Positions 23,814 to 31,636 of a stretch of 64,000 bases of DNA are shown one piece after another; position 1 is the first letter of the stretch, and each line of letters begins with the position of its first letter. The DNA comes from a virus. Taxonomy: Duplodnaviria; Heunggongvirae; Uroviricota; Caudoviricetes. The DNA lies in IMG/VR virus record IMGVR_UViG_3300046820_001896; one strand, written 5' to 3'. Below the pieces are notes generated by a model. That model searched no databases. It worked only from the letters and a program-made list of their open reading frames with translations, and had not been told where the DNA came from. A program made the position numbers and the translations under genes.

Positions 23814-24138
23814 ATGTAAGCGCGAATTGAATTGGTGGGAACACTACCCACTACATCAACTATGGTGCAATGATCTGTGCCCACTAGTCCCACGATTCTC
23901 ATATCGACCTAAGGATGAATGGAATGCCGCAGATGTGAGTGTGCATTGGCTTATTTTCCACGTATGGACACTCAGTCATGTAAGCATTCAATTTGACCTT
24001 GAAATCTCCCCATCCTGTATCGGGTTCGGTGCCATCCTTCCGTATCTTCGTGTGTTTGTTGGTCCTCGTCATATGCATGGACCAATCGGCCAGTTTTTCT
24101 ATAAGTACCTCACACGTAAAGGAACCTCAAGATGGTAA
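23803..24138 (+). CDS. hypothetical protein (111 aa)
   Basis: 11-nt overlap with the upstream gene. Confidence 0.45.
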   Translation: MENECKRELNWWEHYPLHQLWCNDLCPLVPRFSYRPKDEWNAADVSVHWLIFHVWTLSHVSIQFDLEISPSCIGFGAILPYLRVFVGPRHMHGPIGQFFYKYLTRKGTSRW

Positions 24139-24332
24139 AATCATTCCTTCATACAGAAGACATAGATCGCATCAAGGCACTGATGGAAGCCATTGATTAT
24201 GATGGTAACTTTGAGATCGAGATCGATGAATCCTCAGGCATAGGAAGGACAGTCATTGTACATGTACCATATTCAGTCAATTCATTGCGTGGTACATTTT
24301 CTTATATTATTTCAAATGTGGAGAACTGGTAA
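24132..24332 (+). CDS. hypothetical protein (66 aa)
   Basis: Short overlap with neighbours on both sides. Confidence 0.5.
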   Translation: MVKSFLHTEDIDRIKALMEAIDYDGNFEIEIDESSGIGRTVIVHVPYSVNSLRGTFSYIISNVENW

Positions 24333-24841
24333 TGAGTAACTATGAAAAACATGCATTGATGGAATTCCGTGCTGCAGGATGGATAGATGAGAATGGTAAT
24401 TATATCGATGAGATGCAAGAGATGATTTGTCGTCATGTACTTGCATTACTTGATGTATTCGATGGTGAGGGACATAGTGGATCCTCTGCACCGTATGCTA
24501 TCAATTTATTCTCCAAACTTGCTAAGTTTGATCCTGTTGTGCCATTGACTGGTGAAGATTGGGAATGGACTGAGGTAAGCGAACGAATGGGTAGCAAGTG
24601 TTGGCAAAACAAACGATGCGGTAAGGTGTTCAAGGATGAGGATGGACGAGCATACGATATCGATGGGAAAGTTTTTTGGGAATGGAGTGGTACGAAGGAA
24701 GATCCATATAAGTCGCACTACACATGCCGAGAATCTCGTGTGTATGTCACCTTCCCATATACTCCATCGACTGAGTATGTGTATCGATACTCTGATGCCA
24801 CTCCACCTGCCCCACCACAAACAGAGCAAGGGTTACTATGA
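24332..24841 (+). CDS. hypothetical protein (169 aa)
   Basis: TAATG overlap, long ORF. Confidence 0.6.
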   Translation: MSNYEKHALMEFRAAGWIDENGNYIDEMQEMICRHVLALLDVFDGEGHSGSSAPYAINLFSKLAKFDPVVPLTGEDWEWTEVSERMGSKCWQNKRCGKVFKDEDGRAYDIDGKVFWEWSGTKEDPYKSHYTCRESRVYVTFPYTPSTEYVYRYSDATPPAPPQTEQGLL

Positions 24842-25017
24842 GCATAAGTTATGTAACCATTATGGTTGTAATATGGATGAACTCCGCGGGCCCTCAGATC
24901 ACAGTCACAGAGGTCAGTTCAGCATCTAATTGTTATGAGGCAAAAATGCAGATCGAGGCCTATGGCAAAAAGTTTAGGAAAGACTGGGATGTCAACGTAT
25001 TATGCATCAAGAAGTAA
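24838..25017 (+). CDS. hypothetical small protein (59 aa, below the ORF-track cutoff)
   Basis: ATGA overlap. Hand translation MSISYVTIMVVIWMNSAGPQITVTEVSSASNCYEAKMQIEAYGKKFRKDWDVNVLCIKK. Confidence 0.4.
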   Translation: MSISYVTIMVVIWMNSAGPQITVTEVSSASNCYEAKMQIEAYGKKFRKDWDVNVLCIKK

Positions 25018-25154
25018 AGAAGTGGTGTAATCGGTGTCAGAGGTACCACGATGCCAAACCGGTCGATCCACAAAAAATCATAGAACAACATGCCATGGAT
25101 CTTGCCAAACACATAGATCGTATGGTCATAGAGGAACTAAAGAATGAAAAATGA
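25002..25154 (+). CDS. hypothetical small protein (50 aa)
   Basis: Hand translation MHQEVKKWCNRCQRYHDAKPVDPQKIIEQHAMDLAKHIDRMVIEELKNEK. Confidence 0.35.
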   Translation: MHQEVKKWCNRCQRYHDAKPVDPQKIIEQHAMDLAKHIDRMVIEELKNEK

Positions 25155-25255
25155 CGCAATATTCTATGGATCAATTGTAGCTATGTTTGCATTCATGACA
25201 GGTAGTCCATTCATTGCACTAACGATCTTCCTCCTCTCCCTCTTGGCATCATAAT
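25145..25255 (+). CDS. hypothetical small membrane protein (36 aa)
   Basis: Hand translation MKNDAIFYGSIVAMFAFMTGSPFIALTIFLLSLLAS. Confidence 0.35.
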
Positions 25256-25293
25256 AATAGTCTATCGTTTTGCATGTAATACTATCTTCCTAC

Positions 25294-25323
25294 ATGTACA
25301 AACTCACCCATTGTGATAGAATA
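25294..25323 (+). promoter_or_regulatory. early-type promoter, copy 8 (-10 variant TAGAAT)
   Basis: tgtaca 25295-25300, N17, tgtgatagaat ending at 25323. Confidence 0.55.
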
Positions 25324-25355
25324 GGTTCTAACAGATTAAGAAAAGGACTAAGAAA

Positions 25356-25541
25356 ATGTACGGATACCTGCAAAGCTCATATGAACAAGACTTGGAAGTA
25401 GTCAAAGCCAAACTCGCCGAGGAAGGCATTCTCCACTACACAACATATAAGGCTAATCACTGTGTTGGTGTAAATTATGGTCGAGTCAGTGCATATTATA
25501 TTGTTCGTAATGGTAAGGTTGTAGATGTCCAAATCGATTGA
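25356..25541 (+). CDS. hypothetical protein (61 aa)
   Basis: RBS aagga. Confidence 0.55.
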   Translation: MYGYLQSSYEQDLEVVKAKLAEEGILHYTTYKANHCVGVNYGRVSAYYIVRNGKVVDVQID

Positions 25542-25607
25542 AAATTTCCTCGCTAAACTCGCCTCTGATAAAGAGATCATGAACGTATTGAAAAGAATGG
25601 CTAATAA

Positions 25608-25850
25608 ATGAATACTAAGACTCGCACCCTCTACTCCCTCGAACTCGACATTTGCTCAGAATACCCAACCTCTGAACTCGATCAGGACATGTCAAACTAT
25701 GGATTAGTAGCTGAACTCATCGATCCAAATGGACCAGGAGGAGGCAATCCAGTCTACAAATTCTCATCATATAATAAGGACGACCTTCTCGCCTTCGCCG
25801 AGGTATGTGGATATGATGATGCAGAGGAATACCTCGAGGAAACAGTATGA
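25608..25850 (+). CDS. hypothetical acidic protein (80 aa)
   Basis: ORF in the operon frame pattern. Confidence 0.55.
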   Translation: MNTKTRTLYSLELDICSEYPTSELDQDMSNYGLVAELIDPNGPGGGNPVYKFSSYNKDDLLAFAEVCGYDDAEEYLEETV

Positions 25851-26026
25851 ACAAAATAGAATACGATAACACCACCTCTCTTACCCATTTCATGGACCTA
25901 TTCACTATCAATAGATTAGAGAGAACGATCTACTTTGAGGAGAACTGCACTCCCCAAAACACCGAACTCATTAATTCATGTAAAGTAGTAGTAGAACATC
26001 TAAAAGCTGTATGGGGGATCAAGTAA
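25847..26026 (+). CDS. hypothetical small protein (59 aa)
   Basis: ATGA overlap. Hand translation MNKIEYDNTTSLTHFMDLFTINRLERTIYFEENCTPQNTELINSCKVVVEHLKAVWGIK. Confidence 0.4.
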   Translation: MNKIEYDNTTSLTHFMDLFTINRLERTIYFEENCTPQNTELINSCKVVVEHLKAVWGIK

Positions 26027-26238
26027 TGGATGCAGCACTAAAAGTAGTCTTCGCAGCATTGATCATCACGTTCATTGGCTTCTTCGTGTATGTCATCCCA
26101 TTAGACATGGATAGGACAAAAAGAGCAGAACAATTAGCCACAGAGATGGGATGTACGTATATCGGTAATGCAAGGGATTTAAACTCGGTCAAGTTCTTCC
26201 AGTGCGGTGAGAATATAGTACTAAGGAGAGTGAAATGA
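26026..26238 (+). CDS. small membrane-anchored protein (70 aa)
   Basis: TAATG overlap at 26026. TM segment VVFAALIITFIGFFVYVIPL. Confidence 0.5.
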   Translation: MDAALKVVFAALIITFIGFFVYVIPLDMDRTKRAEQLATEMGCTYIGNARDLNSVKFFQCGENIVLRRVK

Positions 26239-26396
26239 CAGACTTCGAACAAGATTGCCTCCATCATTATGGGAAGATCCTCATAGGCAAGTACAAACAT
26301 TATTGCTGTGAATGGGATTTCTTACCCATAGACGAAACATGTCAAGAATTCTTTGCATGCACATGCTTTGATGATAAGGAATCTAATGTCAGATAG
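26235..26396 (+). CDS. small Cys-rich protein (53 aa)
   Basis: ATGA overlap. Hand translation MTDFEQDCLHHYGKILIGKYKHYCCEWDFLPIDETCQEFFACTCFDDKESNVR. Confidence 0.4.
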   Translation: MTDFEQDCLHHYGKILIGKYKHYCCEWDFLPIDETCQEFFACTCFDDKESNVR

Positions 26397-26556
26397 AAAG
26401 AACAGAGACATAGGCAACAAAAGAGAACATCAAAAGAATAAGCCACAATGTGATTGTTGGTTATGTCGAGAAGGTAAGACAAAAAAGCGTGTCATAAGGG
26501 ATAAGGACATAAGAAAGGAACTCGGTTATGCAAGAATCGGACTCAATAACATATAA
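26386..26556 (+). CDS. small basic protein with CDCWLC motif (56 aa)
   Basis: In-frame ATG at 26386 of ORF 26353..26556. Confidence 0.4.
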   Translation: MSDRKNRDIGNKREHQKNKPQCDCWLCREGKTKKRVIRDKDIRKELGYARIGLNNI

Positions 26557-26719
26557 GTGTATAGAATGTGGTAATGATGCCACATGGATTAGATCAACAC
26601 AATTTGCAGGGGATCATCCATTTTGTGAGGAACATGCAAAGCAAGAGGAAGGATTTGGTATAAACGACTCATATGAGTATTGGTACCAGATAGAAACAAA
26701 GGTTCTAGGTAGCAACTGA
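26528..26719 (+). CDS. zinc-ribbon small protein (63 aa)
   Basis: CIECGN...HPFCEEH four-ligand pattern. Confidence 0.5.
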   Translation: MQESDSITYKCIECGNDATWIRSTQFAGDHPFCEEHAKQEEGFGINDSYEYWYQIETKVLGSN

Positions 26720-26852
26720 AGCTCGCTCCCATGCCATCCTGTGAAATAAAGGGATTAAATGAGTAGTCCCCAGAGCCAAGAAGACCCGTGTAAGCCAATG
26801 ATCTGTATAGACAAATAATACTGTACTGAAACGGTAGACTACTCAAATAAAC

Positions 26853-26882
26853 ATGTACAAGGGGCTGTGGGTGTGGTATTAT
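26853..26882 (+). promoter_or_regulatory. early-type promoter, copy 9 (-10 variant TATTAT)
   Basis: tgtaca 26854-26859, N17, tgtggtattat ending at 26882. Confidence 0.55.
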
Positions 26883-26915
26883 CTATCCATAGATTGAATA
26901 ACATAAGGATAGTAA

Positions 26916-27839
26916 ATGACTCAAGTTTCTGTAATGATCGCCTTTGACAAGGCTGCTGGCAAGTTCAAGTGTTCTATTAATGGTCAGAAGTTTACCACGA
27001 CCAAACAGTCTTACATCGAATACATGTTCAAGCAAATCACTGGTCAAAAGCGTACATTCAAAGACATCGAGGCAATGCAAAAAGCCACTGTTGAGAAGTT
27101 TGGCATCAACGAACGATTTGGTTTCGTGGAGAAGATCGTAGGCATGGTCGCCACTGGCATCCAGCCATCTACAGTGATCACCGGTCAAGGTGGTTTGGGC
27201 AAGACATACACTGTCATGAAGACTCTCAAGGCTTCTGGTCTCCAAGACTACAATGAATTAATCCAACGTTTGCCTTCTGGCTCTACGATCCAAATGTCTA
27301 AGGTGTATGTCACTGTCAAAGGTTACTCTACTCCTAAGGGTTTGTACCGTACTCTGTTCGAGAATCAGAATGCAACCATTGTGTTCGATGACTGTGATTC
27401 TATCCTCAAAGACCCTGTTGCCCTTAACTTGCTCAAAGGTGCTTTGGACTCCTATGGCAAGCGCATCATCTCTTGGAATGCAGAGTCCTTTGGCAAGGAC
27501 GACGAGTTGCCACGTAGCTTCGAGTTCAAAGGTCGTGTAGTGTTCATCTCTAACATGGACCAAGACAAGATTGACCAGGCAATCCGTAGTCGTTCTATGA
27601 TGATTGACTTGTCCATGACAGACGATCAGAAAATCGACCGTATGGCTCACATTGCAGACAGCGAAGAATTCATGCCAGAATACGACGCTAAAGTCAAGTC
27701 CGATTCACTTGCTCTGATCCGCGAAGTTAAAGACGATGCTAAAGAAATCAGTCTCCGTACTTTGATCAGTGTTTGTAAGATCCGCGCAGCTAACCCTGTG
27801 GACTACAAAGACCTCGCAACTTACATCTTGACTAACTAA
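26916..27839 (+). CDS. P-loop AAA-type ATPase
   Basis: Walker A GQGGLGKTYTV and Walker B IVFDDCDS. RBS aagga. The gene is visibly more GC-rich than its surroundings. Confidence 0.75.
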   Translation: MTQVSVMIAFDKAAGKFKCSINGQKFTTTKQSYIEYMFKQITGQKRTFKDIEAMQKATVEKFGINERFGFVEKIVGMVATGIQPSTVITGQGGLGKTYTVMKTLKASGLQDYNELIQRLPSGSTIQMSKVYVTVKGYSTPKGLYRTLFENQNATIVFDDCDSILKDPVALNLLKGALDSYGKRIISWNAESFGKDDELPRSFEFKGRVVFISNMDQDKIDQAIRSRSMMIDLSMTDDQKIDRMAHIADSEEFMPEYDAKVKSDSLALIREVKDDAKEISLRTLISVCKIRAANPVDYKDLATYILTN

Positions 27840-27851
27840 TTGGGAGTTTTT

Positions 27852-28004
27852 ATGTTGACAGACAAAGAGATATGCGACCTCAGGGATGAGATCCAGATCA
27901 TGATTATTCAGAAGGTCCAGGAGAGACTCGATCCGAACTTGTCTATTGATGAATGTGTCGAGCAGACAGACGAGATCATGGACTTTATTAAGGAGATGAT
28001 GTGA
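27852..28004 (+). CDS. hypothetical small acidic protein (50 aa)
   Basis: Hand translation MLTDKEICDLRDEIQIMIIQKVQERLDPNLSIDECVEQTDEIMDFIKEMM. Confidence 0.4.
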   Translation: MLTDKEICDLRDEIQIMIIQKVQERLDPNLSIDECVEQTDEIMDFIKEMM

Positions 28005-28195
28005 AGCTGTTCAGGGAGACGACTAAGGATTGGCAGCAGCCTACCCCCAATCATGCCTATGTACTGTCAGATGACAAACAGTGGATGTATGGGTATGTCA
28101 AGGCTGGTACACGGGACCTGATCACCCTCTCCAAGAGGATTAGGTTTGATGCCAGGTACAGGACATTTGTAGCATTAAAGAAAGGACAAATATGA
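28001..28195 (+). CDS. hypothetical protein (64 aa, GTG start)
   Basis: GTGA-type overlap with the upstream mini-ORF. Confidence 0.45.
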   Translation: MKLFRETTKDWQQPTPNHAYVLSDDKQWMYGYVKAGTRDLITLSKRIRFDARYRTFVALKKGQI

Positions 28196-28329
28196 AACTA
28201 TTCAATGCAGTGACAGACATGATCCAGGCACGGATGTACATGTGTCTATTAGGAGTAATCATTGTTGTGGTAGGGATGCTCTCCCCACAATTAGCGCTTA
28301 AGTGTGTACAGACAGGAGTCAACAGATGA
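28192..28329 (+). CDS. small membrane protein (45 aa)
   Basis: ATGA overlap. MKLFNAVTDMIQARMYMCLLGVIIVVVGMLSPQLALKCVQTGVNR. Confidence 0.4.
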   Translation: MKLFNAVTDMIQARMYMCLLGVIIVVVGMLSPQLALKCVQTGVNR

Positions 28330-28520
28330 AGAAATACACAGCATCCACCAGATGGACACAACCGTATCATTACATCACCGGATGGAGAAAACGTCAGACC
28401 ATCAATAGAGTATTAGATGATCTACATACACAGCAACTAGACTTCATTGATGCAGCAGTAGATCAGTCAGATTTGTCAGATGCAAAGACAATCATTGCTC
28501 ATATCATGCAGAAACAATAG
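28326..28520 (+). CDS. hypothetical protein (64 aa)
   Basis: ATGA overlap at 28326 (in-frame Met of ORF 28302..28520). Confidence 0.45.
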   Translation: MKKYTASTRWTQPYHYITGWRKRQTINRVLDDLHTQQLDFIDAAVDQSDLSDAKTIIAHIMQKQ

Positions 28521-28530
28521 TATACAGGCA

Positions 28531-28563
28531 GGGGTACCTATAGGAAACTAAGGTACCCTTTTA
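28531..28563 (+). terminator. rho-independent terminator closing the early plus-strand block
   Basis: gggtacc (28532-28538) pairs with ggtaccc (28552-28558), followed by tttt. Confidence 0.6.
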
Positions 28564-28981
28564 TTAAGGTTCCATATTAATAGGAGACCATCTATAAGTT
28601 ACATACTCGGTTAAACCGTTGTCGTCCGTCACAAAGACAAAAAATAAAAAATTCCCCCCATGGGCAGAATATCCCCAGGATGTCAGTCCCTTCCAAGGAT
28701 GAACAGTAACCAATTATCTTTTTCCAGATAATTACAGATAATTCGCCATAGAAAAATTCCCCCCAGGGTTTATCCCTTCTCCTGGGGGTAATACTGTATC
28801 CAAGAGATTAATACTATACAACCTTCACATTGTTCCCCCCTTAGGTTGTTTGTTTCTCATGATACAGAATGTATCCCATTGTATACAGAATACTGCAGTT
28901 TGTATACTATAAGAAACAATATTGTATCATTAATGAGTCCCTAAGCTACTTAATGACTACTATATGATCCATTACAATACC
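28564..28981. repeat. repeat-rich non-coding region (C6 boxes x3, AGATAATT x3, ATACAGAAT x2)
   Basis: aaaaattcccccca at 28647-28660 and 28753-28766, a third C6 at 28835-28840, agataatt at 28712-28719 (inverted), 28727-28734 and 28737-28744, atacagaat at 28862-28870 and 28883-28891. No ORF. Confidence 0.7.
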
Positions 28982-29011
28982 ATGTACAACAATATATTTC
29001 TATGGTATAAT
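28982..29011 (+). promoter_or_regulatory. early-type promoter, copy 10
   Basis: tgtaca 28983-28988, N17, tggtataat ending at 29011. Confidence 0.6.
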
Positions 29012-29055
29012 ATAACCATCAGTAAAAAACCGGCGGGAACCCCTTAGCAGGATAT

Positions 29056-29103
29056 ATGTCTGATTTATTAGAGCGTCGTGGGGGTCCTCTGCCTAATTAT
29101 TAA
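29056..29103 (+). CDS. 15-codon upstream mini-ORF (MSDLLERRGGPLPNY) duplicating an internal segment of the next gene
   Basis: ATG at 29056. The stop TAA at 29101-29103 overlaps the RBS aaggag of the downstream gene. The 17 nt at 29068-29084 are identical to 29188-29204. Confidence 0.3.
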   Translation: MSDLLERRGGPLPNY

Positions 29104-29112
29104 GGAGTGCGC

Positions 29113-29343
29113 GTGGGATATATTACAGTAAACGTAGATGTGGATGTAGATCTATATGACATCGATACAGAAGACTTAAGGGAAGAGTTAGAGCGTCGTG
29201 GGGGCTCTCTGTCTGATAATGATTGGGAGGACGGCGATAATAAGAACTTGCTCAATATCATCTATGAATCTCGAAGATTAGGGAAAGACTATCAAAAAGA
29301 ACTAGATACCTTAATCTTTAGGGTATTAGGGAGAATCATATAA
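29113..29343 (+). CDS. hypothetical acidic protein (about 76 aa, GTG start)
   Basis: GTG at 29113 lies 5 nt after aaggag (the ORF track uses GTG at 29107). Confidence 0.5.
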   Translation: MGYITVNVDVDVDLYDIDTEDLREELERRGGSLSDNDWEDGDNKNLLNIIYESRRLGKDYQKELDTLIFRVLGRII

Positions 29344-29345
29344 TA

Positions 29346-29372
29346 AAAAAGGGACCTTTCGGTCCCTTTCTA
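29346..29372. terminator. bidirectional rho-independent terminator between convergent genes
   Basis: aaagggacc-tttc-ggtcccttt. An A/T run follows it on the minus strand. Confidence 0.8.
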
Positions 29373-29433
29373 ATATCCAGGAATATTTTTCCCGTCTGTC
29401 TTTGGTAAGTTATCTAAAAACTTCCTAATCTTC

Positions 29434-31176
29434 TTAACGTGCGCCACGAGCCATTGCATCTTCTGGATCCCATTTAGTTGTACGTGCTGTGAGTGGAACA
29501 ATCTGAGGTTGGCTATACTTACCTCCCTCTGGACGTGCTCTATCAAAGCTTGGGCGGCGACCTTCTGCCATGGCTTGAACGTTTGCCTCAGCTCTTGATA
29601 CCTCAGCAACAGTAGTACCTTGAACGTTCTTACTTTGAACATTACTTAGTTCGGCGGCCGCAGGTGGTTGAGGAGCAGCTATCGGTGCTTTACCTACTGT
29701 AGCACCATTCACCGTCATTTGTCCACCCGCTTGTGCAAAGGCAGTCATTCTAACCCATGGGAATTCATTGATTGCCTTCATACTATCAGGACTAATCGCA
29801 GCAAACTTAGCCATCGCATCAGCAATTCTACTTAGACCTTCAGCAGTTTTTAATAAACCATCACCAGCTCTTGATAACTTTAAAATCTGATCAACAGGAG
29901 AATCTTGACCAATAGTTAATAGGTTAGAGATTAATGTGCCTAAACCTGCTGCTGCTTGACCTACGGCGAATGCAGCCATAGCAGCACCTAATGCACCAAG
30001 TGCACCAGCTGTAGTTAATAATCCTGTTCCATCTACCTTAGCAAGTCTTTCTAGACCAGCTGTAAATGTGTCCATTGTTCCTGCGACTACTTCAAATGCC
30101 TTCGCAGCAATATACAATGCACCAGCAACAGCGATCATGGCCGCAGCACCAAGTAATGCAACAGGTGCAGTTGCGCCTAATAATAACACTGCTGCTACTA
30201 ATCCGCCTAATACTACAACACCTTTAGCTATACCTTCCCAATCAAGAGCAGCAAACTTACCCATTGATTCGCTTAAGATAAACATCGCACCTGCAACAGC
30301 TAAGATTGTTAATGCGCCTGTGGCTCCGTTCATTAGTTTAGTAGCGATAGCCAATGCACCTAATACTACAATACCTTTAGCTACTTCTGACCAATCTAAT
30401 TTACTAAACTGTCTAAATGATTCTGCTAAGATAAGCATAGCACCACCGATTGCTAAGAGTGGTTTCCAACTATCTTTACCGTTTCCTTTACCAATTACAG
30501 CACCAGCAACAGTTAATGCACCAAGGGTTAATAATCCCTTAGACATATCTGACCATGAAAGTTTACTAAAATCACCAAATGCTTTTGCTAAGACCCAAAT
30601 TGCAGCAGCCATAGCAAGTAAACCTTTACCTGCATTGAACATGCCTTCGCCAAGATCTTTCATCATGGAGCCGAAGTTACCCTTCTTAGCATCCTTCTCT
30701 TTATCACCCTTCATAGCTTTTGCTTGAGGAGATTCTTTAGGATTTTGAAGCGCAGCAAGGATAGCTTCGTTATGCTTTGTCTGTTCAGCAGTTAATTCTT
30801 TTTGTTTTAGTCTATCTGCTTCAGCCGCTTCATGCATGGCTTTCATACTTTCTGCAGAGTCAACCATTTCATTGTTGATTTTCTGCAAAGCATAGTTAGA
30901 ACTAGTCGCTAAGTCTAATATTGCGTCTTGATGTTCGCGAATAAATCCAGCTAAAACAACAAGATTATCGTTAAAAGCTTTAGTATTATAAGCAGTAGCC
31001 CAAGTTTCAGATGCTATGGAAGCTATATTTGTTTTTATATCTTCAGCAATACTTTTTAAAGAAGCATTACGCTCATCATCTTTTGGCTGTGCCTCGATCA
31101 TGAGCGCATTGGTTTTTTGCACCTCTTGAATAAGAGCTGCAATATTTTCTTTAGACGTTACGTACTTGGTTGCCAT
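29434..31176 (-). CDS. tail tape-measure-like protein (580 aa)
   Basis: N-terminal coiled coil, then a Gly/Ala-rich hydrophobic core with three internal repeats (FGDFSKLSWSDMSKGLLTLGAL / FRQFSKLDWSEVAKGIVVLGAL / MGKFAALDWEGIAKGVVVLGGL). Lies downstream of a tube-fold gene. Confidence 0.65.
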   Translation of the reverse strand: MATKYVTSKENIAALIQEVQKTNALMIEAQPKDDERNASLKSIAEDIKTNIASIASETWATAYNTKAFNDNLVVLAGFIREHQDAILDLATSSNYALQKINNEMVDSAESMKAMHEAAEADRLKQKELTAEQTKHNEAILAALQNPKESPQAKAMKGDKEKDAKKGNFGSMMKDLGEGMFNAGKGLLAMAAAIWVLAKAFGDFSKLSWSDMSKGLLTLGALTVAGAVIGKGNGKDSWKPLLAIGGAMLILAESFRQFSKLDWSEVAKGIVVLGALAIATKLMNGATGALTILAVAGAMFILSESMGKFAALDWEGIAKGVVVLGGLVAAVLLLGATAPVALLGAAAMIAVAGALYIAAKAFEVVAGTMDTFTAGLERLAKVDGTGLLTTAGALGALGAAMAAFAVGQAAAGLGTLISNLLTIGQDSPVDQILKLSRAGDGLLKTAEGLSRIADAMAKFAAISPDSMKAINEFPWVRMTAFAQAGGQMTVNGATVGKAPIAAPQPPAAAELSNVQSKNVQGTTVAEVSRAEANVQAMAEGRRPSFDRARPEGGKYSQPQIVPLTARTTKWDPEDAMARGAR

Positions 31177-31177
31177 A

Positions 31178-31627
31178 TTAACTTACCTTTGGTGGTACTG
31201 CAATAACTGGTGGTGGTTTTGCCACCGCTGGTGCAGCCACTGATGGTACAGCTACAGATGGTACAGACACTGATGGTGCTGGAACTGCAGGTGTTACTGA
31301 TGGAGTTACTGGAGTTGGAACTGCTGCACCACCATTATTAGCACCACCTAATTTTTCTTGTGTACGACCATAAGCTGCGATACCAAGGATTGCACCCATA
31401 GCCATATGGAAAAGTCCTGCGCCTTGTAAAGTAATAGGCGACCATTGTGTTTCAACTTTTCCACCACCAATAACTTGAACTAAAGACCAAAGAATAGGGA
31501 ATAAAACAAAGTCGGCTGTACAAACAACCATGTACATCCATCCCATCATTGGACGCCATTTGCTGTTCATCCAATCTTCTTTTTTCTTTTCGCTTTCGCT
31601 CATTTGTGGTTTGACTTCTTCTGTCAT
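31178..31627 (-). CDS. three-TM membrane protein with Pro/Val/Ala-rich tail (GTA-type 3TM holin-like)
   Basis: WRPMMGWMYMVVCTADFVLFPILW and two further TM helices resemble the 3TM holin family of gene-transfer agents (from memory). RBS aggaaa. Confidence 0.45.
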   Translation of the reverse strand: MTEEVKPQMSESEKKKEDWMNSKWRPMMGWMYMVVCTADFVLFPILWSLVQVIGGGKVETQWSPITLQGAGLFHMAMGAILGIAAYGRTQEKLGGANNGGAAVPTPVTPSVTPAVPAPSVSVPSVAVPSVAAPAVAKPPPVIAVPPKVS

Positions 31628-31636
31628 ATTAGTTTC

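Noticed and set aside
21937-27839. vWA protein plus AAA ATPase as a MoxR-vWA type pair
   Set aside because: The two genes are 4.4 kb apart, separated by about 20 ORFs, a terminator and three promoters. The ATPase motifs seen are generic Walker A/B motifs. There is no evidence of functional linkage.
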